Below, piece by piece: positions 19,032-29,078 of a stretch of 64,000 nucleotides of DNA. Source of the stretch: Desulfobacterales bacterium (lineage in GTDB: Bacteria; Desulfobacterota; Desulfobacteria; Desulfobacterales; UBA5616). Numbering within the stretch: the first letter of the stretch is position 1; the number at the start of each line of letters is the position of its first letter. Location of the stretch: positions 96,001 to 160,000 of the forward strand of contig JAWODC010000001.1 of the NCBI GenBank assembly GCA_046483495.1, written 5' to 3'. The translations under genes and the position numbers were made by a program. Below the pieces are notes generated by a model, which had not been told where the DNA came from, searched no databases, and saw only the letters and a program-made list of their open reading frames with translations.

Positions 19032-20360
19032 ATGAAGAAGTCTCTAGTATCCATTGTAAGGTACGAAAAACCGTATGAATCCGTTCGAAAAGCCGTGGAT
19101 TTGGCAAAAGGTCTGGATCATCTGCCAAACAAGGCAAAAGTTTTCATTAAACCAAATATCGTCTTTTGGACCATGGCGACAAAATTCCCTAAGTGGGGCG
19201 TCATCACCACGTCGAGAGTGATCGAAGATGTCGTTGTGCTGTTAAAAGAGCGCGGCATCGACGACATCACTATCGGTGAAGGAATGGTTCTTGGAAAAGC
19301 CAAAGACAAGGAAACCCCGGCCCATGCCTTTGAAACGCTCGGATACAATGTCTTGAAGAAAAAGTACGGCGTTAAAGCCATGAATGTATTCGAGGGGGAA
19401 ATGGAAAAAGTGGATCTCGGCGGCGGCGTGGAACTCACGTTTGCAGCGGAAATCCTCCACAGCGATTTCGTTGTCGACATCCCGGCCATGAAAACCCACA
19501 ACCAGACGGTTGTCAGCCTGGGCATCAAAAATCTTAAAGGCATGATCGACCTGGAATCACGAAAAATATGCCACAATGCCGACCCCAACAAGGATTTGAA
19601 TTACCACGTTGCCCGACTCGCGGATAAGATGCCGCCCATGCTGACCATTTTGGACGGCATTTACACGCTCGAAAAGGGTCCGTCCTTTGACGGCCGAATG
19701 CATCGCAGCAACTTACTGGTGGCCTCATCGGACGTGCTGTCGGCGGACATGGTCGGTGCGAAAATCCTGGGTTACGACCCCTCGGAAGTTCCCCACCTGG
19801 TCTTTGCCGCCGAAAACCGCAACCGTCCCCATGATTTATCGGATGTCGACACCGTCGGCGAAAACATCGAAGCGGTTCAGTCATTTCACAAAAGCGATTT
19901 TGAGTATGTCGATGATGAAAAAGGCTGCATGCCGTCAGCACTGACCAAAAACGGCATCGAAGGACTGTTTTACCGAAAATTCGACCTGTCCATGTGCACC
20001 TATTGCTCCGGCTTCAACGGAATGCTGCTGACCGCCATTCGAAGCGCATGGAAAGGAGAACCCTGGGACAAAGTCGAGGTCCTCACCGGCAAGCAGATGA
20101 AGCCGACTCCCGGCATGAACAAAACCATTCTGGTGGGAAAATGCATGTATGATGCCAACAAAAACAACCCCGATATCAAAGAAATGATCGCGATCAAAGG
20201 CTGTCCGCCGCAGCCCAAAAGCGCCATAAAGGCCCTTCATGAGGCCGGCATCGACGTCGATCCGACCTTCTTCGATAATTTGGATCTGGGTCCGGGCCTC
20301 TTTTTAAGCCGTTACGAGGGAAAAGCCGAATTCGATGAATCGTTTTTTCAAATCCAATAA
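19032..20360 (+). CDS. DUF362-domain iron-sulfur protein
   Basis: VFIKPNIV, PAMKTH..VSLGIKNLKG, DVLSADMV; C-terminal CTYC..GKC..KGCPP. Confidence 0.8.
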   Translation: MKKSLVSIVRYEKPYESVRKAVDLAKGLDHLPNKAKVFIKPNIVFWTMATKFPKWGVITTSRVIEDVVVLLKERGIDDITIGEGMVLGKAKDKETPAHAFETLGYNVLKKKYGVKAMNVFEGEMEKVDLGGGVELTFAAEILHSDFVVDIPAMKTHNQTVVSLGIKNLKGMIDLESRKICHNADPNKDLNYHVARLADKMPPMLTILDGIYTLEKGPSFDGRMHRSNLLVASSDVLSADMVGAKILGYDPSEVPHLVFAAENRNRPHDLSDVDTVGENIEAVQSFHKSDFEYVDDEKGCMPSALTKNGIEGLFYRKFDLSMCTYCSGFNGMLLTAIRSAWKGEPWDKVEVLTGKQMKPTPGMNKTILVGKCMYDANKNNPDIKEMIAIKGCPPQPKSAIKALHEAGIDVDPTFFDNLDLGPGLFLSRYEGKAEFDESFFQIQ

Positions 20361-20391
20361 ACAGACCGGATGCCGAGAAAATTCCGTTTAT

Positions 20392-20423
20392 GTGAAGCCC
20401 CGGAAGGGGCTTTACGTTTTTTT
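20392..20423 (+). terminator. Rho-independent terminator
   Basis: gtgaagcccc-ggaa-ggggctttac stem followed by a T run. Confidence 0.75.
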
Positions 20424-20473
20424 GGCACCCTTCGCCCTGCTGTTCAACGGCGATGAATCCAGGGGATACCATC

Positions 20474-21892
20474 GTGTCCAAATCCATCACTGAAGAACTG
20501 AAGCCGCTTTTCCAACCGGAGTCGATTGCGATCATCGGCGCTTCCCAGACAGAAGGCAAATGGGGAAACATGATGGTTACCCGTCCGGTTCAATCCGGTT
20601 ATCGTGGCCGCATCTATCCGATCAACCCGAATGCAAAAACCATTTACGGTCTGAAGGCGTTTCCCGGCATCCTTGAAGTTCCGGAGACTGTCGATTTGGC
20701 GATCTTCACGATTCCGGCGCCGATGGTGCCGAACGCGATGAAAGAGTGCGTCAAAAAAGGCGTCAAGGCGGGGGTCGTGATCTCCGCCGGATTCGCAGAA
20801 ACCGGGAAAACGGGTGAATCGCTTCAGCTGGAAACCGCCGACATCGCAAAATCAGGCGGCATTCGATTTATCGGTCCGAATTGCATGGGATTCTACAGCT
20901 CTTCAGTCCGGTTAAACACGGCTTTTGCCTTTATGCCCGAACCCGGAGGCATCTCATTCGTATCGCAAAGCGGAACGATGGGCGGGTATTTGCTGGAAAA
21001 CGCCAATAATAAAGGCTACGGGTTTCATTCCTTTTTGAGCGTGGGGAACCAGGCGGATCTTTCCATGGCCGATTACATCGACTATTTTGGCGACGATGAA
21101 GCCACTAAAGTCATCGTTTTGTACATCGAGGGACTGAAAGATGCACGGCGTTTCATCGAAAAGGCACGAAAAACGATCAAGAAAAAGCCGATCATCGTAT
21201 ACAAAGCAGGCCGAACCGAGAGCGGTTCCAGGGCCACCATGAGCCACACCGCCTCTATCGCCGGTTCCGATGCGGTTTTCGAATCCGCCTGCCGCCAGGT
21301 CGGCATCATCCGAACATATGATGTTATTCATGCATTCGACCTGGCGGAAGCGCTTTCAAAGCAGCCCCTCCCCCGGGGAAATCGGGTGGCCGTCGTTTCG
21401 GGCGGGGGAGGCCACTGCGTCGTGTCCACCGATGCATGCGGTGTTTACGGGCTCGACGTGCCGGAACTCGATGCGGGAACGAGCCGGCGCATCTCCAAAT
21501 TGCTGCTGCCACACGCCCCGGTGCCCAAAAATCCCATTGACATGGCGGCGGATCCGAGACCGTCCACCCTGGCCAAGATTCTGACCATCCTGGCAGAACA
21601 TCCGGGAATCGATATCATAATGGCATCTGCGCCGTTTTTTCGAAATGTATTTGAACCCAAAGTCCTGCAAAAATTCATGGACACGGTCATCACTTTGTCC
21701 GAAATTCCGCAAAAATACGGCAAACCGCTGCTCGCCATGACGCATCGCAGCCGAATGCAGGGGATTTTCTATGAGATCATGAAGAACAGGGATATCCCCT
21801 TTTATGAATTTCCCGAAGAAGCCGCTCGGGCGGCATACGGCTTGCATCGGTATTCACAAATTCGGTCCGGTTGGCTGAAAGCTGAAAGGTAA
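20474..21892 (+). CDS. ADP-forming acyl-CoA synthetase alpha subunit (AcdA-like, no ATP-grasp domain)
   Basis: LFQPESIAIIGAS, ISAGFAE, GPNCMG, SQSG, SHTASIAG (phospho-His), NPIDM; alternative start 20453. Confidence 0.88.
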   Translation: MSKSITEELKPLFQPESIAIIGASQTEGKWGNMMVTRPVQSGYRGRIYPINPNAKTIYGLKAFPGILEVPETVDLAIFTIPAPMVPNAMKECVKKGVKAGVVISAGFAETGKTGESLQLETADIAKSGGIRFIGPNCMGFYSSSVRLNTAFAFMPEPGGISFVSQSGTMGGYLLENANNKGYGFHSFLSVGNQADLSMADYIDYFGDDEATKVIVLYIEGLKDARRFIEKARKTIKKKPIIVYKAGRTESGSRATMSHTASIAGSDAVFESACRQVGIIRTYDVIHAFDLAEALSKQPLPRGNRVAVVSGGGGHCVVSTDACGVYGLDVPELDAGTSRRISKLLLPHAPVPKNPIDMAADPRPSTLAKILTILAEHPGIDIIMASAPFFRNVFEPKVLQKFMDTVITLSEIPQKYGKPLLAMTHRSRMQGIFYEIMKNRDIPFYEFPEEAARAAYGLHRYSQIRSGWLKAER

Positions 21893-21901
21893 AAGCTGAA
21901 A
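21874..21901. repeat. 7-nt tandem repeat (GCTGAAA x4, one degenerate)
   Basis: gctgaaa gctgaaa ggtaaaa gctgaaa spanning the stop codon. Confidence 0.55.
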
Positions 21902-21966
21902 ACCGGGTGGATGGTACCGGTTTATTCCGATGATTATACGACAGATTATGCTGCACTCCACCTATT

Positions 21967-23472
21967 CTATATGCCGGCCTTGTCATTGCCGTGTCGTGCG
22001 TAATAATCGGCCACCCTTCGGAGAACGGAGAATGCCTGAAGCCCGCTTTCAAATACCGGTATACCGTGGTCCGTGTAATATTTTCGGGCCGTCAGTTTCC
22101 CTTTTTCCAGCTCCAGGTGATCAGGATCGGAAGCAATATCAGGGATAATGACAACGAGCGGCTTGCCGGTGGTATTGTAAATTTCCTTTGCCGCCGGAAC
22201 AATTTTTCTGTGATACTCGAACATACTTGCATCGATTCCTTGCGTCTTTGCCTGACTGAGAAACGTGCTCAACAGATAAAACAGCAGCTGATACAGGAGC
22301 AGGAAATGAATATTTTCTTTTTCCGCCATCGATCTCATGATCGGAATGATCACTTCGGGCGGCATACCCGGATTTGCCAGATCAGCCGGATTGCCCGCAG
22401 CGCCTCCGGATGGTGGAAGCAGTGACTTCATCATAGTGACGGTTTTTGCGTCCAGCACGGGAATTTCGAACCCGAAAGCCGATGCCGCATCCAGGGCTTC
22501 TACGCACCGTAGTCCGCCGCCTGCCAAAACGCCGGCTCCTTTTCCGAAAAAAGGCCCCAGCAATTGGAAAGCCATCAAACAATCACTTACATCTTTTATG
22601 TCCGCGGCACATACCGCACCTGCCGATTGAATCGCCGCCATCCAGGTGTTTCGGGTTCCGGCCATCGATCCGGTATGCCCCACCGTGCCGCGCCGGCCCT
22701 GTTCGGAAAGCCCCCCCTTATGAATGATCACCGGTTTTTTGGCCGCGCATGACTTCAAGGCGGCAAAGAAGGCGGCGCCGTCTTTTACGCCTTCCAGGTA
22801 GGCGCCCACCACATGAGTATCCTCATCCTGTTCATAATAGCGGAGCAGATCAACCGCATCCACGTCGCACCCATTGCCGTAGCTGACCAGAACAGAAAAC
22901 CGGACGCCTCTGCCCCGGCCTATGTTGACGATGTCGCAGGCGCCGCCGCCGCTCTGTGAGATAAATCCAACCCTTCCGGCTGTCTGTGAAAAATGGACTC
23001 CGGGCAAAAGGGTCAACCCGCCGCCGGGACTGTAAATGCCGAAGCAGTTGGGTCCGATGATCCGCATACCGCTCATTTTGGCGATCCGAATCAATTCGCC
23101 CTCGAGATTCGCCCCTTCTGCGCCTGCTTCCTTAAATCCCGCAGACAGGATTTCGACGCCGCTTACCCCCATCTCCGCACATGCCGCGACTGCCGGAACG
23201 ACAAACCGGTTGGGGGTTGCGATGATCGCCAGATCGAGAGCCTCCCCCACAGAACGGATATCCGGTAATGCTTCCAGGCCCTGAACCCTTTGCTCTTTGG
23301 GGTGGATGGGATAGAGTTTTCCGGCAAAGCCGAATTCCATCAAATTCTTCAGAATTCTGCCGCCGAATTTTGTCGAATCATTTGAAGCGCCGATAACGGC
23401 GACACGACGCGGCTTGAAAATGCGGTCAAGATGATGAATGTCCATATTCAGCTCCGGGTTGGTGTTTGTCAA
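21967..23472 (-). CDS. ADP-forming acyl-CoA synthetase alpha subunit-like CoA-binding protein
   Basis: IFKPRRVAVIGAS, SAGFKE, GPNCFG, SQSGG, GHTGSMAG, NPADL; start could be 23445. Confidence 0.85.
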   Translation of the reverse strand: MTNTNPELNMDIHHLDRIFKPRRVAVIGASNDSTKFGGRILKNLMEFGFAGKLYPIHPKEQRVQGLEALPDIRSVGEALDLAIIATPNRFVVPAVAACAEMGVSGVEILSAGFKEAGAEGANLEGELIRIAKMSGMRIIGPNCFGIYSPGGGLTLLPGVHFSQTAGRVGFISQSGGGACDIVNIGRGRGVRFSVLVSYGNGCDVDAVDLLRYYEQDEDTHVVGAYLEGVKDGAAFFAALKSCAAKKPVIIHKGGLSEQGRRGTVGHTGSMAGTRNTWMAAIQSAGAVCAADIKDVSDCLMAFQLLGPFFGKGAGVLAGGGLRCVEALDAASAFGFEIPVLDAKTVTMMKSLLPPSGGAAGNPADLANPGMPPEVIIPIMRSMAEKENIHFLLLYQLLFYLLSTFLSQAKTQGIDASMFEYHRKIVPAAKEIYNTTGKPLVVIIPDIASDPDHLELEKGKLTARKYYTDHGIPVFESGLQAFSVLRRVADYYARHGNDKAGI

Positions 23473-23478
23473 TGACGA

Positions 23479-24537
23479 TCACCGGTTTTCTGCGCACGCT
23501 TGTGTAGTTAGCCATTGAATCTGGTGTTTGATGTTCCGGATATCCGTTTCACCGGGGGCAAATGGAAAATTGCGGATGTTCGGGCCCGGCCTGGAATTGG
23601 CATAGGGCCTGTTGCAAGCGACACTGCCGTCTTTTCCGCTGCAGCCGCTGGTTCTAAAAGGTTCGCCGGATTCGATCATCCGATTCAGCCGGTTACCGTT
23701 TATGCCGAAATCACATATTCGGCCTTCCGGGTCGAACGCGAATCCATCCACGCGGGATGCCGCTTCATCGATTATAAACCTGGCCAATTGAATCCGCCGG
23801 TATTGGTCCATGGATGGCGGGCGGTGATCTGCCATGGCCGAGTCGGCTTCCGGGTAGAATGAAAACAGGTGCGTCCTGCCGCCCATATCACGGGAGCGCT
23901 GTATGGCCCTGCACATTTCCTGTTCCGTCTCCCCCATTCCTACGATAAAATGGGGACCGGCATTGCCGTCGCCGACCAGCGATACGGCCTGTGCAAGACA
24001 ATCCCAGTATCGCTCCCACCGATGGGGTCCGCCGACTCCACTGCCCCGGTAGCGATCGAAAAGATCTTTTGTGGCGAGGTCCACGGCTACTCCGATCTTG
24101 TCGGCGCCGGCCGCCCTGAACGCTTTTACGTCTGATTCGCTGAGGACCGTCGGTGAAACAAGAATGCTGATGGGAATCTTCGTGCGGCTTAATTGCTTGC
24201 AGATGTCGGTGGTATGGGCCACGGCACGCTTCCGGGTCACCATGGAAATGCAGATCCGCTTTACCTGGTTCTTGCGGGCTTCGATCCGGGAGATAATCTC
24301 ATCGAGCGGATAGTTCGGCCAGTCGACACGGATGAAGCTTTTGTCGACATATTCTCCCGACCGGCTTTTGGATAACCCGCAGTAGGCGCATTTTGCGATG
24401 CATCCGTCTTCGTATGTCAACAAGAGATTAATGCAGTATAGTTTTGCATTGCGATAAAACATGCCGGATTTGAATCCAAGTGTCATGGCGGCCGCCAAAC
24501 TCATCCGTGCATATTCAGGACTTTGCTTTTTCGGCAT
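23479..24537 (-). CDS. lipS2: Radical SAM lipoyl synthase subunit LipS2
   Basis: CIAKCAYC SAM motif plus C-terminal TSGC..ACNRP matching the LipS2 TxGC..C(N/D)RP signature; adjacent to lipS1 and a lipoate ligase. Confidence 0.82.
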   Translation of the reverse strand: MPKKQSPEYARMSLAAAMTLGFKSGMFYRNAKLYCINLLLTYEDGCIAKCAYCGLSKSRSGEYVDKSFIRVDWPNYPLDEIISRIEARKNQVKRICISMVTRKRAVAHTTDICKQLSRTKIPISILVSPTVLSESDVKAFRAAGADKIGVAVDLATKDLFDRYRGSGVGGPHRWERYWDCLAQAVSLVGDGNAGPHFIVGMGETEQEMCRAIQRSRDMGGRTHLFSFYPEADSAMADHRPPSMDQYRRIQLARFIIDEAASRVDGFAFDPEGRICDFGINGNRLNRMIESGEPFRTSGCSGKDGSVACNRPYANSRPGPNIRNFPFAPGETDIRNIKHQIQWLTTQACAENR

Positions 24538-24555
24538 CGATTTTCCTTTGCAGTA

Positions 24556-25473
24556 TTACAGGTCATCCGGAACGGAACAGCAGGTCGGCTGAAATCCAAT
24601 CCGACAGCCGGCATTCCCGGCATAAGCAACAGCCTCGTCGGACGGCAGCGCCATTCTGTCTACCCCGGCCTCGATGGCCAGAATCTCCATTTTCCGGTTG
24701 CCGCGCTCCCGGGCGCATCCCAGGCTGATTACGCTTTTGGGCAGAGCCGATCGTGTATAGGCGATAACATCGCCGACCTCCTCGGCGGTTGGCTTTCTGA
24801 ACCGCATGGAAGGTGTTCCCGGAAGTCTCATCAAGGATACGATAATGATCCGGCGAACAGCAAACCGCGAAAGGAGATCGACGGCCTTCTTCTCACCTTT
24901 CAACTTGCCGAAGTGAAGCCCGCATACGATATGAGGCGCCACCTCCAACCCCGCCCGATTAAGGGATTCCAGTGTTTTCACAATTCGTGATACGCCGTAT
25001 GGCGCATGGCAGACCTGTTTTAGTGTGTCATCTTCTCCAACCACGTCGATCAAGACCTGATCGACCCCTGCCGTCTTGAGTTCATGCGCCGTCCGATCAT
25101 CCATCATGCCCCCGTGAATGGAAATATGCAGCCGGGTTTTTTGTTTGATTTCGCGGATAGCGGGCAAAAACCTGCTCCACGGAAGCTCTCCACGGCTATT
25201 GCATCCGCCTGTCAGCAGAACCCCGGGATTTCCCTTCTCATAGAGAGTGGCGCAGCGCCGAATCAACGCTTCATTCGTTGCCGCCGGGAACATGGACTGC
25301 AGCAGTTTGCCGCGGCAATGGTCGCATTGAAGTTCACAACGATTTCCAGTAATGGAAACAGCATCGTATGCCCCGGTCATCCCGGCGTACCGGAACATGC
25401 CCGGAACATAAAATGTGATTTTTTTCAAGGCTTCCATAACCCTTTCGACCGTTGTCGAAGCATCACCGCACAT
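24556..25473 (-). CDS. lipS1: Radical SAM lipoyl synthase subunit LipS1
   Basis: AVSITG..CELQCDHC, LGCARE and terminal TCCS match the LipS1 GC(M/A)R and CC signatures; start may be 25437. Confidence 0.82.
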   Translation of the reverse strand: MCGDASTTVERVMEALKKITFYVPGMFRYAGMTGAYDAVSITGNRCELQCDHCRGKLLQSMFPAATNEALIRRCATLYEKGNPGVLLTGGCNSRGELPWSRFLPAIREIKQKTRLHISIHGGMMDDRTAHELKTAGVDQVLIDVVGEDDTLKQVCHAPYGVSRIVKTLESLNRAGLEVAPHIVCGLHFGKLKGEKKAVDLLSRFAVRRIIIVSLMRLPGTPSMRFRKPTAEEVGDVIAYTRSALPKSVISLGCARERGNRKMEILAIEAGVDRMALPSDEAVAYAGNAGCRIGFQPTCCSVPDDL

Positions 25474-25544
25474 CGATGATTCGTTTGGACCGATGGATCA
25501 GTCATGCAGACGCAATGTCAAGCGTTTGTTATAAGGATTTCGCC

Positions 25545-26630
25545 TCATGCAGGGCATATTCCACCCAATGCTTCGAAAATCGAATCCAGGGGTTGAATAA
25601 ATTCGCTGCACGTCATGCCGGGTATATGGATCAACCCGTTCTCAAAGTATTTTTCGATCGTACCCCGAATACGATGATGATCCAGGGGGGCCCCTTTGAT
25701 TTCGGCCATGAGGTCGTAAACCCCCCGTGAGGGAAATGACAACATGTCCCCGGTAATCAGGAAATCCTTTACCTGAACATTATTCCTGTGGATCGTCAGT
25801 GTAAATCGTACCATCCCTGAATCGAATTTTTTGAGGGCGCTTAGCGTTTTCGGCGCTCGAGATGTTGACTTTATCAGGTGAATCCATGCTTCCGATTGAA
25901 AAAACGGCAGCCTTGTACCCATCATCGCTTCTTCTTTTTCCGTCAGCGGCATGGATTCGAGATGGATATCGAATGTTTTTTCAAATGCCTTGACAAGTTC
26001 TGCTTTCACAAGGGAAATCGGGGGAATGCTACCAAGCTCGGCGGTCATGCTGGTAACCCGTTGTCGAATGGAGTCGATTTCCCGTACACTGAGTTTTTCG
26101 ACGGGAATATTCAGGCAGCCGAGCATTTCACTGATATCGCCGTCCATTAAAATCGTTCCATGGAACAGCAGTGCACCATACAGCTCGGTACCGCCGGTGC
26201 CGGATATCTTCCGCCCGTTGACTTCAATGTCGTTCCTGGGCCTGAATTCAGCCCTTACCCCAAGCTTGGCCAATGCCCGAATGACAGGTTCGCACAGGCG
26301 TTGAAAAAGCTTTTCCGTTATGAAATCGACATTCAGGAAGGTCTTGTCGCAGATGATTTCCCATCCAAGCTGGCGTTCATCGAGAAAAACAGCCCCCCCG
26401 CCGGTGATGCGTCGATTGACCTGAATGCCCATTTTCCGGCAATAATCCGAACGGATTTCTTCTTCCGCAGCCTGATGATGCCCCAACAGTACAGCGGGAG
26501 GAGAGAACTGTAAAAATCGGACGGTATTCAGGGTTTTGCCGTCGCCTTTAAGCGCCAGTAAAACATCGTCCAATGCCATGTGCTCAGCCGCTGTCATGGG
26601 CGGCAGGTCGAGAAGTCGGAACGTGTCCAT
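25545..26630 (-). CDS. Lipoate/octanoate:protein ligase with fused LplB-like C-terminal domain (sLpl(AB)-type)
   Basis: HMALD, RRITGGGAV, RPRNDIEVNGRKISGTG, HGT; C-terminal ITGD domain. Confidence 0.88.
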   Translation of the reverse strand: MDTFRLLDLPPMTAAEHMALDDVLLALKGDGKTLNTVRFLQFSPPAVLLGHHQAAEEEIRSDYCRKMGIQVNRRITGGGAVFLDERQLGWEIICDKTFLNVDFITEKLFQRLCEPVIRALAKLGVRAEFRPRNDIEVNGRKISGTGGTELYGALLFHGTILMDGDISEMLGCLNIPVEKLSVREIDSIRQRVTSMTAELGSIPPISLVKAELVKAFEKTFDIHLESMPLTEKEEAMMGTRLPFFQSEAWIHLIKSTSRAPKTLSALKKFDSGMVRFTLTIHRNNVQVKDFLITGDMLSFPSRGVYDLMAEIKGAPLDHHRIRGTIEKYFENGLIHIPGMTCSEFIQPLDSIFEALGGICPA

Positions 26631-26674
26631 ATTAATAATTGCCGGTTTGCGTAATCTTAACGATGATGAAACAC

Positions 26675-26703
26675 ACCATATTATGAAGTTTAAAAACTGT
26701 CAA
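26675..26703 (-). promoter_or_regulatory. Sigma70-like promoter for the ligase-lipS1-lipS2-acdA unit
   Basis: TTGACA(26703-26698)-17 nt-TATGGT(26680-26675). Confidence 0.6.
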
Positions 26704-26753
26704 ATAGAGGCTTTTTGTTTGAGCCTGGTGCCTCACGCCCGGCCGGCTGTTGA

Positions 26754-28682
26754 TCAGGGCAATGCCGCGGACAAAACGGATGCGACGGTTCTCGACAACC
26801 GGGACGGGTTCTCCACTTTGCCGCCTTCACCGATAACCGCCATATCATACAGCAGCCCGGCATAATCTTTCAAAACCGGATCTTTTCGATTTGCGTCATA
26901 AAGGGCCCTGATTTTTTCCATCACCGGATGTTTGACGTTCAGTTCAAGAATCCGCTTGGACTCCGGCGGCTTCTGGCCGGTGGCCGATAACACTTTTTCC
27001 ATATAGGCGCTCAAATCGTATTGATCACCTGAAAGGCAGGACAAGGAATCCGTAAGGCGTGCGGAAGGACGAACGTCTTTAACCTTTTCTTCCAACTGGG
27101 ATTTGACGAAGGCAAAGAACGGTTTGTACGCTTCTGCATCCATTTCCTCTTTCTCATCGAGGTCCAGTTCTCCCCTTTCCGCACTTTTGAATTTCTTTTT
27201 CTCATACTCGGCCAACGATTCCACAACCCATTCATCCACCGGATCCGTCATCAGAAGGATCTCGTATCCTTTATCCTTCAGCCTTTCGAGCAGCGGGCTG
27301 TTGTTGAGCAGGGAAATGTTTTCTCCGGTAAGATAGAATATTTCCTTCTGGTCCGGCTTCATCCGGGAGACATACTCCGAAAGCGATACCCATTTTCCTT
27401 CAGAGGCCGTGGTCTTGTAGCGCAACAGATCGGCGATTCTCGTCTTGTTTTCCGGGTCCGTATGAATGCCGATTTTGAGAATGGGTCCGAATTCTTCGAA
27501 GAACGCGGTAAATTTTTCTTCCTCGAAATCTTTAATGAGATCGAGTACTTTTTTTACCAGGTTTCGGCGTATATTTCGAATAAGACGGTCCTGTTGGAGA
27601 ATTTCACGGCTGACATTGAGGTTTAAATCCGGAGCGTCCACCACGCCTTTTACGAATCCCAGATACTCCGGAATCAGCTCCCGGCAGTCCTCCATGACAA
27701 AAATACGCTTGCAATAGAGATGGACGCCGTGCCGCTTTTCGGTGCGAAACAGGTCAAACGGCGCTTTAGCGGGTATGTAAAGCAGAGCGTTGTATTCGGT
27801 GGTTCCTTCGAACTTCATGTGCAGCCTGGCGAGCGGCGGATTCCAGTCATGGCTGATGTGGGAATAGAACTCGTTGTACTCGTCGTCCGTAACCTCATGC
27901 TTATCCCGCGCCCAGATCGCTTTCATGGAGTTCAGGGTTTCTTCACGGATAACGGTGCGGGTGGTCTTTCCGATGGCTTTTCCATCCTTATCCTTGATTT
28001 GCTCCTCTTCCGGAATGGGCTCTTCTTTCTCGACGTCCATGACAATAGGATAGGTGACGAAATCCGAATGCTTCTTGATAATCCGCCGAATCACCCACTC
28101 ATCGGTAAAATCGATTCCGTCTTTTTCGGGTTTTTTCAGTTTCAGAATAATGGTCGTTCCCCTTCCGTCCTTTTCGACGGGTTCAATGGAAAAAGTACCG
28201 TCCCCCGAAGACTCCCACTTCACCGCATTGTCCGATCCTGCAGCCCTTGTAATCAGTGTCACCTTTTCCGAAACGATGAACGCACTATAAAACCCTACGC
28301 CGAACTGACCGATCAATTCGGGCGTTACGATGGTTTCGTGGTCCAGCCGCTGCAGCGCTTCAGCGAACTCGGCGGTTCCGCTTTTGGCGATCGTGCCGAT
28401 GTTTTCCAGGACCTCATCGTAGGTCATTCCGATGCCGTTGTCGGAAATTTCCAGAATCCGACCGATGCCGTCCCTTTTGATTTTGATTTTCAGTTCGGTG
28501 TCCTCTTTCATCACTTCCGGATCGGTCTGTGATTTGAACCGGAGACGATCCAGTGCATCGGAAGCGTTGGATATCAACTCTCTCAAAAAGATTTCCTGGT
28601 TCGAATAAAGAGAGTTGATAATCAGGTGCAGCAGCTGCTGCACTTCTGTCTTGAACTCATGGGTTTCTTTACGCGGCGTCAT
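26754..28682 (-). CDS. htpG: Chaperone HtpG (Hsp90)
   Basis: [56 protein letters not shown]. Confidence 0.98.
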   Translation of the reverse strand: MTPRKETHEFKTEVQQLLHLIINSLYSNQEIFLRELISNASDALDRLRFKSQTDPEVMKEDTELKIKIKRDGIGRILEISDNGIGMTYDEVLENIGTIAKSGTAEFAEALQRLDHETIVTPELIGQFGVGFYSAFIVSEKVTLITRAAGSDNAVKWESSGDGTFSIEPVEKDGRGTTIILKLKKPEKDGIDFTDEWVIRRIIKKHSDFVTYPIVMDVEKEEPIPEEEQIKDKDGKAIGKTTRTVIREETLNSMKAIWARDKHEVTDDEYNEFYSHISHDWNPPLARLHMKFEGTTEYNALLYIPAKAPFDLFRTEKRHGVHLYCKRIFVMEDCRELIPEYLGFVKGVVDAPDLNLNVSREILQQDRLIRNIRRNLVKKVLDLIKDFEEEKFTAFFEEFGPILKIGIHTDPENKTRIADLLRYKTTASEGKWVSLSEYVSRMKPDQKEIFYLTGENISLLNNSPLLERLKDKGYEILLMTDPVDEWVVESLAEYEKKKFKSAERGELDLDEKEEMDAEAYKPFFAFVKSQLEEKVKDVRPSARLTDSLSCLSGDQYDLSAYMEKVLSATGQKPPESKRILELNVKHPVMEKIRALYDANRKDPVLKDYAGLLYDMAVIGEGGKVENPSRLSRTVASVLSAALP

Positions 28683-29078
28683 AGGTACTCCTCGAATCTG
28701 TTTTGGTGTATGTCTTTAAATTACCAGCCCGATTTGTTGAACCGCCGGTTCGATGCTCACGGAAATACTCCTGCGGTTCAAGACGGGCGCTCGCCCTGAT
28801 TTTATATGTGTCATGCGGATTCGTTTTTTTGGCTTTAAAGATATGCTGCGAATGCAGCCCTGACCGTCCGAAAAACGACTGCAACTGAGACCGGCCTATC
28901 CATGCGCCGACGCACCAGGCTGGTTTTCGGCAATATAATGGTGATTAATCTCAATTTGTCAAGTCCTGGAGGGAACGTTGGGGGTCGGTGCCCTGCTTTT
29001 CGCCTTATAAGTGTCAATACAGACCGATTTTAAAACGCATGACAACGAATCAAACGTGAGGCGTCCCAAAACCGCCGG

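Noticed and set aside
23479..25473. Biotin synthase or HydE annotation for the two radical SAM genes
   Set aside because: The C-terminal GCAR/CC and TxGC..CNRP signatures and the adjacent lipoate ligase fit LipS1/LipS2 better
28683..29078. Possible ncRNA, riboswitch or CIRCE/HAIR element upstream of htpG
   Set aside because: No consensus match found; only a TTGACA with a poorly spaced -10
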